Origin: an uncultured virus (IMG/VR IMGVR_UViG_3300007515_000005) | Taxonomy: Duplodnaviria > Heunggongvirae > Uroviricota > Caudoviricetes > Demerecviridae | Strand: one strand, 5' to 3' | Virus record (IMG/VR): IMGVR_UViG_3300007515_000005 | Length of the DNA: 64,000 bases | Shown here: positions 56,352 to 64,000 of the stretch, one piece after another | Layout: each line of letters starts with the position of its first letter | Position numbering within the stretch: the stretch's first letter is position 1 | The notes under the pieces: generated by a model | Databases searched by the model: none | The model's input: the letters and a program-made list of their open reading frames with translations, nothing else | Told to the model about the DNA's origin: nothing | Made by a program: the position numbers and the translations under genes

Positions 56352-57992
56352 ATGGCTTTAAATCTTTCAAGAAATACGAAAGTATTTGTAAGCAGCGTAA
56401 ATGGAGTCCCCACTGCAGGTGGAGGAATTCTGACAGCTTATGTTAGTACTAAAGGTACTGGATATGCTGTAGGAGATATTGTCACTTTAGGTACAACTTC
56501 AGGTTCTGGAGCAAATGCAAAATGTATTGTACTATCTGTATCAGGTTCTGGAGCAGTAGAAACAGTAGCTATTCCTAACAACTTTCGAGGAAATGGCTTT
56601 GTAGCTGATGAAACCGCAACAGAAACTGCAGTAGAAAACTATGCTGGAACTAATAATGGTTCAGCTAGTGGATTGATTGTTACAGCTAAAACTGTAACAG
56701 GTACAACTACAGCAGAAGGAGCAAGAGCTGGAACAGGACGTTTCAGAGGTAACTCAACTGCAGCCAATACTTTTAGAGTTGGTGTATTAGACGGTTATAG
56801 TTTCTCTCAAGGAAGTGAATCAACTGATGTAACAATCAATGAAGCTGGTTCTGCACCAAATCGTGGATCAAAAAGATTCAACGATGCATTACCTCCTGCA
56901 GAATGGTCATTTGGAACTTATGTTCGACCATTTAAGCACGGAGCTGCAAGTTTCAGAGCAGACGGAACATATGATATGGTAGAAAATATACTATGGTCTG
57001 CACTAGCAGGTACAGGGCTATCAGATGCCTCAGGCTCTGCTGTAGCAACAAGCACAGGAACAGCTAATGGAGCATTAGTAGACTTTGTAGAATCAGATGT
57101 TCACGAACTTATGAAACTAAATATCTTCTTTGCCTTAGAAAATACAACTTACAGACTGAATGATGCTCAAATCAATCAGGCTGAAATTGATTTTTCTATC
57201 GATGGAATTGCACAAATCACATGGAGTGGTAATGCAACTACTATTGACCAAGTAACAACTGCATATGAAGATCCTTCTAAGTATCAAATCGAAGCATATG
57301 ATGCTGATGGAGCGAGTTTGACTCACTCTAGTGGAAGTACAGATACTTATGTAGAAAACTACAACTTTGCAGATACAGTTGGCCCAAGTGATGCTGATTA
57401 CTTAAGAAATAAATTATCGTCTCTATACTTAGATGCTGATGCCCAAGGTGGCGGAAATGCATCTGGAGGACTAGATGATAGAACTTATGATATTAATATC
57501 ACAGGTGGTTCAATAACAATAGCTAATAATGTTACTTATGTAACACCAGAAACAATTGGTATTGTTGATAAACCAATAGGATCATTTACAGGAGCAAGAA
57601 CTATTACTGGTTCTTTAAATATGTATTTAGATACGAAATCTAATGGTTCTAATCAGCTATTAACAGATTTAGCAGCAGCGACTGACCTTGTTACAAACGT
57701 ATTTGACTTACGTTTATACATGGGTGTAGCTGGTGCAGTTGGTTCCGATGGCGATGCTATGGGATCAGATGACTTCACAGCGCCGGGCGTAGAATTTAAT
57801 ATGCCTAGATGTCACTTACAAGTACCAACAATTGAAACAGGCGATTTAATCTCAACAACAGTAGAATTTGCTGCTCACGGTAGCGATCTTCTAACTGGAG
57901 ATGAAATGAAAGTTAAATATTTAGGCTCTACTTCTCACACTCAAACTGGTTATGCAGCGAGTGGATCAGGAGACAGATCAGTAGCGTCTTAA
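56352..57992 (+). CDS. Major tail tube protein (T5 pb6-like)
   Basis: LSRNTKVFVS, VLDGYSFSQ, RGSKRFND, WSFGTY, FSIDGIAQITWSG and FTGARTITG. Confidence 0.9.
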   Translation: MALNLSRNTKVFVSSVNGVPTAGGGILTAYVSTKGTGYAVGDIVTLGTTSGSGANAKCIVLSVSGSGAVETVAIPNNFRGNGFVADETATETAVENYAGTNNGSASGLIVTAKTVTGTTTAEGARAGTGRFRGNSTAANTFRVGVLDGYSFSQGSESTDVTINEAGSAPNRGSKRFNDALPPAEWSFGTYVRPFKHGAASFRADGTYDMVENILWSALAGTGLSDASGSAVATSTGTANGALVDFVESDVHELMKLNIFFALENTTYRLNDAQINQAEIDFSIDGIAQITWSGNATTIDQVTTAYEDPSKYQIEAYDADGASLTHSSGSTDTYVENYNFADTVGPSDADYLRNKLSSLYLDADAQGGGNASGGLDDRTYDINITGGSITIANNVTYVTPETIGIVDKPIGSFTGARTITGSLNMYLDTKSNGSNQLLTDLAAATDLVTNVFDLRLYMGVAGAVGSDGDAMGSDDFTAPGVEFNMPRCHLQVPTIETGDLISTTVEFAAHGSDLLTGDEMKVKYLGSTSHTQTGYAASGSGDRSVAS

Positions 57993-57995
57993 AAA

Positions 57996-58901
57996 ATGTC
58001 TTATAGTTTTCTTCGTGAGAGTAAACTATACATAGTGTATGGCGGGAACAAGTATAGAATCTATACTTCTTCCGCCATCTCTTTTGATCAAACATTTGCG
58101 GAAGATTCGTATTCAGTAAAGACTTTACACGATCAATCAAAAATGTTTGAAGGATCAACTATAACAAAAGCTAATCCAGCTTCGTTTAGTTTTGATGTTC
58201 CTTTAACAATTGAAAAAGATGAGTCTGTTGTAATAGAATTATTGGGTGATGTAACTAATGAACAGTTAAAATCATTTGATATCTATGTACAAACAGGAAG
58301 CAGTACTTTCAAATTAGAAAGTGCAGTAATTACTAGTGGTAGTTTTGATTTTGTACCTCAAAATCAATTTACAGTTAGATTAGAAGGAGAAGGAACTAAA
58401 TTATCGAGAGTTGGAGATGAAAGCTATTCAATTCCCGGAAGCGCTCGATCTGAGTCTTCCACAAGAACCCCTCTAATAGTCTACCCTGTTATTACAGCAG
58501 ATAGCTTAAATATGAATAATATTATAAGCGTTAATTTAAATCTGCAAAATAATATAGAGTGGACTCCTTACGAAAACCTTCATAGTAGTTTATCAGTAAC
58601 TAATTCTAGTAATGCTATGTTTCCTGCAAATTATGTACTGAGTAATCGTATATTATCGGGAGAAATACGACAGTACCAACAAGATAATAATATAACACAA
58701 TTTGATGATTTTAGTACTAATACTGATTTAACTATTATTGCAAAAAATACATCTGGAGATGCTAACTTTTTCGAAGTTGAAATCAACCCAGTAATGTACA
58801 CAGCTAGAATGGAACCATCTGAGATTTATACTCAAAGCTATGACTATAGATCTTTAGATAATACTGACCCAGTAACTACTCAAATCTCATATTCAACTTA
58901 G
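57996..58901 (+). CDS. Minor tail / baseplate tube protein (T5 p140-like)
   Basis: ISFDQTF...KTLH...ANPASFSF; synteny. Confidence 0.8.
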   Translation: MSYSFLRESKLYIVYGGNKYRIYTSSAISFDQTFAEDSYSVKTLHDQSKMFEGSTITKANPASFSFDVPLTIEKDESVVIELLGDVTNEQLKSFDIYVQTGSSTFKLESAVITSGSFDFVPQNQFTVRLEGEGTKLSRVGDESYSIPGSARSESSTRTPLIVYPVITADSLNMNNIISVNLNLQNNIEWTPYENLHSSLSVTNSSNAMFPANYVLSNRILSGEIRQYQQDNNITQFDDFSTNTDLTIIAKNTSGDANFFEVEINPVMYTARMEPSEIYTQSYDYRSLDNTDPVTTQISYST

Positions 58902-58911
58902 GAGAATATAA

Positions 58912-59361
58912 ATGGAACTAAAAAGCCTGTTGGTCGACAGTAAGACCACTTGGGTTGAGTTTCCTGGTCTTGATGGATTTGAAGTTGAACTAGCGAATCT
59001 CTCCCGAAAAGAATTAGTAAATCTTAGAAAAAAATGTACTCAAAATAAATTTAATAGAAAAACTAGACAGTTTGAAGAACAATTAGATGATGATAAATTT
59101 GTAATAGAATTTACACAATCAACTGTAAAAGGTTGGAGAGGTCTCAAACTAAAATACTTAGAAGATTTAGTTTTAGTTGATTTAAAAGGACAAAATACAG
59201 AAACTGAATTAGACTATTCTGATGAAAATGCAAAAGAACTTGTAGAAAATTCAAGTGAATTTGATAATTGGCTCAATGAGGTAGTCTTTGACTTGGATAA
59301 TTTTCGTACAGAAGAGCAAAAAGAAGCTAATAAAGAAACTAAAAATATACCTGGATCATAA
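58912..59361 (+). CDS. Tail assembly chaperone (G)
   Basis: Acidic; VKGWRGLK and FDNWLNEVVFDLDNFR; lies before the tape measure gene. Confidence 0.8.
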   Translation: MELKSLLVDSKTTWVEFPGLDGFEVELANLSRKELVNLRKKCTQNKFNRKTRQFEEQLDDDKFVIEFTQSTVKGWRGLKLKYLEDLVLVDLKGQNTETELDYSDENAKELVENSSEFDNWLNEVVFDLDNFRTEEQKEANKETKNIPGS

Positions 59362-59698
59362 TAGAGTAGGTATGACCAAAGACCAGTATCTGCGAATGGT
59401 AGAGCAGACTGGCGAAGAAATAGATTGGGATAAGTGTCCTCCAGATCAAGAGGATTTTCCCGATTCTATTATAACAGCTCTTAATATATTTTATACATTA
59501 GGAGATAGAGTTTACCCAGATGTAGGATTTGTTGGAAAAGATTATACAAATCTTAATTTTTTATATGAGTATTATAATATAAAACATACCTCAGAAAAAG
59601 AATGGATTTGGGAATTAATACATGTGATGGAAACAGAAGCCATCAAAGAATCGCAAAGGCAAATTAAAGCGAGTTTGGATAAAATAAAAAGAAAATAA
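59288..59698 (+). CDS. Tail assembly chaperone T frame, probably expressed as a frameshift fusion
   Basis: Overlaps G in the +1 frame; MTKDQYLRM...GKDY. Confidence 0.7.
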   Translation: MTWIIFVQKSKKKLIKKLKIYLDHNRVGMTKDQYLRMVEQTGEEIDWDKCPPDQEDFPDSIITALNIFYTLGDRVYPDVGFVGKDYTNLNFLYEYYNIKHTSEKEWIWELIHVMETEAIKESQRQIKASLDKIKRK

Positions 59699-59699
59699 A

Positions 59700-62600
59700 A
59701 TGGCAGATAGTAGAGTACTAATTGAAATTATAACAACGAGTAAAGGGTTAAAAATAGCCGCCGTTGATGCTGCAAAATTAGCTAAAGAAACTGAGAAAAT
59801 AGATAAGTCTCAAGATAAGGCTACAAAAAGCGGTAATAAATATCATAAATTACAGAAAGGAGTAGCTCAAGCAGGAGCGAATTCTACTAAAAACTTCTCA
59901 AAAATGAATCAAACAATGGGATCGGGAGGATCCTCTGGTTTGGTGGCAGCTTATGCAACATTAGCTGCTAACGTCTTTGCTGCGACCGCAGCATTTAGTG
60001 CTCTTTCTCGAGCAGCAGAATTTGAAAATCTTCAAACAGGTTTAACAGAATTAGGAGCTACCTCTGGGCAGACTCTATCTGTTGTGGCTGATGGTTTGAG
60101 AGAAATTACAGGTATGGCCTTATCTAGTGAAGAAGCCATGAGAGGAGCCGCTTTAGGTATTTCTGGTGGGTTTGGTGGAGCTGAATTAGAAGGACTAGCA
60201 AAAATAGCTAAAGGAGCTTCAATAACATTAGGTAGAAACTTACCAGATGCATTTGATAGATTAACAAGAGGTGCTATAAAGCTAGAGCCAGAAATATTAG
60301 ATGAATTAGGTATTATGGTTCGTGTAGATGATGCTATGCGGGATTATGCTGTACAATTAGGTAAAGCTTCAACTGCTCTTACTCAGATGGAAAAAAGACA
60401 AGCATTTATGAATGCAATTCTTGAACAAGGAGAAATGAAATTTGGACATATTGCTGATAGTGTTGAAACTGATGTATATGCTAAATTAGGAGCAACTTTT
60501 GCAGATTTAACTAAGCATATATTTACTTTTGTTAATGAATCTTTACGCTTAGGAGCTGTAGTTGGATTTTTAGCTGAAAATATGACAGTTCTTGCTGGAG
60601 TTATGATACTATTTGGTAGCACTATAGCAAGTAAGATGTTACCTTTTCTTGCTAATGCTGGAGAAGGAGCAGCCAGAACAGCTAAAAATTTAAGAGGTTT
60701 AGCTGATGCAGCAGCAGGTTCATTAAAAAGTACAAAAGATGCTATTGCTGCAAGTATTGTGGACGCTGATGTAGGATCAAAGGCTTTCAAAAAAACTATG
60801 GCAGATTATGTAGCAGGTAATGCGGGGGTTAAGGAGTTAACAATAGCAAAATCAAAATTAGCGGCAGGAGAAAGGCAACTTCATAAAAGAAGAGTATTTA
60901 ATTCTGCAAAAGAAAAGGCGGATCATGAAGCAAGAATTATAGCCTATCAACAAGAGCAAATAGAACTTGGAAAATTAATAGCTTTAGAAAGTGAACATGG
61001 AGCTGCTGCAGTAAAAGCAGATGCAGCTAGTATAATAGCAGATCAAGCACAAGCAAATTCTCGTGCTATTGCAGTATATACACAGGGTGGAGCAAGCCTT
61101 GGGCAGACATTAGGTGATTTAAAAGATGGATATGGAGATTTAAGGGATAAATTAGTAGAAAATGCTAAAGGTATGGAACATGGAAATAAAGTAACCAAGA
61201 AGCTACGAATTGGGAATGCAAAATTAAAAGCTGGTATGACTCAATTAGGAGCACAAGCTAAAGCTATAGGAGCAGCCTTTATGAGTTGGCTCCCATTAAT
61301 AGGAGCTATAGTTATTATAGCAGGAGTACTATATGCAATTTGGAATAAACTTTATAACACAAAAGAACATAAGGCATATGTAAAACAACAAGAAAAATTA
61401 AATGAAGTACTTGAAAATCAGGCAAAAATAGCAGACTCATATCGTAAAACAAATGAAACAATCCGTCGTTCAGCGGAGAGACAAGTACAAAATTTTGAAC
61501 AAATAAGTAATAGTATTAAGCAAGTAAATAAAGAATTAAAAGAAACTATAAGACTCAGAGAATTATCAAGCAAAGACTATAGCATGGGAATGAGTGAAGA
61601 AAATGCAGCAGAAAGAGCTGAGAACTTTGGCAAAACTTATACCGCTAGTTCTGGGTATGCTAGTAGGGCAGTACTGGTAGATATGACAGAAGCAGAGGTA
61701 GGGGCGAAGATGGACTCCTTGATAGGTAAAAATGCAATAGACTTAACTAAAGAACAGTTAACTCAAATTTTTCAAGTAAAAGATAGTGATGAGTGGAAAA
61801 CATTTCAAAATGCATTAAAGAGTGAAATTCCAATGATTGCAGAATCCGCCGCTAGAAAGTTTAATAATATAATGAGTGAAGGAATCAAAAATCCCAAAGA
61901 ATTAGTAATAGCATTAGCTGGGGGCATGCAAGATATGGAAGATGGTATGGGAGGCTTGGGAGCTGCTGTACGAGGTATGCATACAGGATTAGTAGAAGCA
62001 GAAAAAGAAGCTTCTAAATTTATGCAATCTTTTGCCAAAACAACAAAAGTTGATAGATTATCAGATGCTTTTGATACTATAGTACTTAGTCTTGACACTA
62101 TTGATAAAGAAGCAAAATTAGCTAATTTAATCCCAGAAAAGGGAGCAAAAGCATTATTAGAGACTGGAAAAGCTTTATCCTCGATGGGGGATACTACAGC
62201 TCGTATGGTTAGCAAAGACTTTGTTAATCAATTAGATAAGGTAAAGATGCTAGAAGATGAGATATGGAAAATTAATACTTCCGATAAGACTAAAAAGAAG
62301 AAGGAGGAGGAAATAGCTAAGCTAGAAAAAATACATGGCACTTTAGATAAAAACTTAGAGATATTGGGGGGTTATGACGATGCTGTTAGAAACGCTGCCA
62401 AAAATGCTTCTGTTTTACAAAGAACTTTATTAGTTACTGCACAAGAACTTAAAAATATATCTGCAACTCAAAAAACTATAAATGGTCTTCAAAAATCTGG
62501 TATTAATATGCAAAAACATACAAATACATTAACAAAGAAAAAATTTGAATTAGAGAAGAGAGTACAAACAGCACAAAGGGGTTTCTTAGTAGATAATATT

Positions 62601-64000
62601 GAAGCAACAAAAGCAGCACGAGATATAGATCTTGGGTTTATGAAGCTTAAAAAGGGGCAACAAGTAGATATAGCAACTTTTGAAAAATTATCTGTTGAAG
62701 ACCAAATAAAACTTGCATCAGAATTAGGACTAAAGAAAGCTGATGTATATTCTTTAGAGCAGTTAAACTTTCAAATTAAAATGAAAAACTTGCAGGCAGA
62801 GCATGCTGAAACAATTGGAGTACATCAGGCAACTATACAAGTCTTTGAAACTTTAAAGAAGAAACATGAATTAGAAAAGAAAGCTTACGAGACACAACAG
62901 GAAATGTTCAAACTTCAAAGAAAAATAGCAAATTTTGAAGGAGGTAGAGGTTTTGCAGAAACAGGTGTAGAAGAAGCAAAAGCTAAAATTGATGCTGCAA
63001 AATATGAATTAGACGTAGCAATACTTAGGCAAGAAGCAGAAAAGAAGATGATAGCCGCAAAAGCCAGAATCCAAGAAGCTGAATTAGTATTACTACAAGG
63101 CCAATTGGCATTAGCGAATATGCCTCCAATGAGTGAGGACGACGTAAAGCTTATTCAAGGCGCTATTAAAGACGCGGAAACATTAAGTACAACTGCTGTA
63201 GACGATAATATAAAATTATTAAAACTTAAATATACAGGAGCTTTATTAGAATCTTTCGAAACTGCAATACAACAATCAGTTGAAGGAGATAATCTTAATG
63301 CATATGCATTAGCTCTCGCAGCTGCTAGAGATCCTGGAGGTGTAGGAGGAGTTACGGAAGAAGCAAAGAAAAGAGAAACAGACGCGGGACGAACAGGCGA
63401 TGATGCTCAATTTACAGGAGAAGACGGAGTAATTACTTTTGCTGAAAAAATTAGTTTAATGAAAGTGATGACAGGTAAATTTACTGAAGAAATGTCAAAA
63501 CTTGGCCCTACAGGGGAAGCATATGCAAACTTTATGGCAGGCGCTTATGGAATGGCTGATGGTTTAACTGCAATAAAAGAAAATGGACTCAAATCTGCTG
63601 AAGGTATAAAGGGAGTGACTCAGATGATAGGCGGTATTGGTCAAATGATGCAAGCCGCTTCAGCAGCTAAAGTAGCCGCAATAGATAATGAAATAAAAGC
63701 AGAAGAAAAAAGAGATGGAAAGTCTAAAGAGTCTCTTGCAAAAATCCAGCAGTTAAAGATGAAAAAGTATCAAATTGAGAAAAAAGCTTTTGAACAAAAT
63801 AAGAAAATACAATTAGCTGGTGCAATTATAGATGGACTTGCTGCTATACAGAGTGGTTTTTCTACTAAACCTTTCTGGCCTATGGGGCTATTAATGGGAG
63901 GTATGGCAACCGCAATGACTATGATGCAAATAAAAGCAATTAAGTCTCAAACTTTTTCAGGAGAAAAACCTGATATGTCAAAACCCACAGCACCAAATAC
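59700..64000 (+). CDS. Tape measure protein (T5 pb2-like), truncated by the window end
   Basis: ATG at 59700; GLVAAYATLAANVFAATAAF, DAFDRLTRGAIKLEPEILDELGI; long Ala/Lys/Glu-rich helical sequence. Spot-checked rather than fully translated. Confidence 0.88.
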   Translation, partial: MADSRVLIEIITTSKGLKIAAVDAAKLAKETEKIDKSQDKATKSGNKYHKLQKGVAQAGANSTKNFSKMNQTMGSGGSSGLVAAYATLAANVFAATAAFSALSRAAEFENLQTGLTELGATSGQTLSVVADGLREITGMALSSEEAMRGAALGISGGFGGAELEGLAKIAKGASITLGRNLPDAFDRLTRGAIKLEPEILDELGIMVRVDDAMRDYAVQLGKASTALTQMEKRQAFMNAILEQGEMKFGHIADSVETDVYAKLGATFADLTKHIFTFVNESLRLGAVVGFLAENMTVLAGVMILFGSTIASKMLPFLANAGEGAARTAKNLRGLADAAAGSLKSTKDAIAASIVDADVGSKAFKKTMADYVAGNAGVKELTIAKSKLAAGERQLHKRRVFNSAKEKADHEARIIAYQQEQIELGKLIALESEHGAAAVKADAASIIADQAQANSRAIAVYTQGGASLGQTLGDLKDGYGDLRDKLVENAKGMEHGNKVTKKLRIGNAKLKAGMTQLGAQAKAIGAAFMSWLPLIGAIVIIAGVLYAIWNKLYNTKEHKAYVKQQEKLNEVLENQAKIADSYRKTNETIRRSAERQVQNFEQISNSIKQVNKELKETIRLRELSSKDYSMGMSEENAAERAENFGKTYTASSGYASRAVLVDMTEAEVGAKMDSLIGKNAIDLTKEQLTQIFQVKDSDEWKTFQNALKSEIPMIAESAARKFNNIMSEGIKNPKELVIALAGGMQDMEDGMGGLGAAVRGMHTGLVEAEKEASKFMQSFAKTTKVDRLSDAFDTIVLSLDTIDKEAKLANLIPEKGAKALLETGKALSSMGDTTARMVSKDFVNQLDKVKMLEDEIWKINTSDKTKKKKEEEIAKLEKIHGTLDKNLEILGGYDDAVRNAAKNASVLQRTLLVTAQELKNISATQKTINGLQKSGINMQKHTNTLTKKKFELEKRVQTAQRGFLVDNIEATKAARDIDLGFMKLKKGQQVDIATFEKLSVEDQIKLASELGLKKADVYSLEQLNFQIKMKNLQAEHAETIGVHQATIQVFETLKKKHELEKKAYETQQEMFKLQRKIANFEGGRGFAETGVEEAKAKIDAAKYELDVAILRQEAEKKMIAAKARIQEAELVLLQGQLALANMPPMSEDDVKLIQGAIKDAETLSTTAVDDNIKLLKLKYTGALLESFETAIQQSVEGDNLNAYALALAAARDPGGVGGVTEEAKKRETDAGRTGDDAQFTGEDGVITFAEKISLMKVMTGKFTEEMSKLGPTGEAYANFMAGAYGMADGLTAIKENGLKSAEGIKGVTQMIGGIGQMMQAASAAKVAAIDNEIKAEEKRDGKSKESLAKIQQLKMKKYQIEKKAFEQNKKIQLAGAIIDGLAAIQSGFSTKPFWPMGLLMGGMATAMTMMQIKAIKSQTFSGEKPDMSKPTAPN

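Noticed and set aside
60383..62215. Minus-strand ORFs 60383-60790 and 61805-62215
   Set aside because: Antisense shadows of the tape measure gene.
1..64000. Stop-codon reassignment / alternative genetic code
   Set aside because: Core genes are full length in the standard bacterial code, TAA, TAG and TGA all terminate genes, and no suppressor tRNA is seen.
1..64000. Prophage or host chromosomal segment (suggested by amt, iscU, rpsU, rpmG, ppk2)
   Set aside because: These genes are embedded singly in phage operons with phage-type promoters; no integrase or host gene blocks are present.

Overview
This window is most of the genome of an AT-rich, lytic T5-like siphophage (Demerecviridae-like gene order). 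It is probably marine with a proteobacterial host; this is inferred from sigma70 promoters, Fur boxes, spanins and a TorF porin. Left to right: the end of a tail-fibre gene; a minus-strand replication and nucleotide block (nrdB, nrdA, D15, amt, D13, D12, D11, D10, polA, primase, helicase, D5, split NAD ligase, D3, D2); a small-gene region with endolysin, Hsp20, ribosomal proteins bS21 and bL33 and tRNAs (a third tRNA lies in the replication block); a promoter- and palindrome-dense, pre-early-like region (about 34.1-39.2 kb); and a plus-strand late block. The late block holds terS, an operon of exported low-complexity proteins, a TorF porin, IscU, spanins, terL, portal, a protease-capsid fusion, tail genes and a tape measure gene running off the end. 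The most striking unexplained element is an ORF-poor, densely base-paired transcription unit of about 850 nt (33.1-34.0 kb, minus strand) with its own promoter and terminator, a candidate new large phage ncRNA. Also notable: three more structured RNA candidates including a 200-nt 6S-like hairpin, three near-perfect Fur boxes among other operator-like palindromes, at least ten apparently leaderless transcripts, a five-member A2-like family, and a PPK2 gene. All calls come from manual reading and motif recognition; no database search or folding computation was run.
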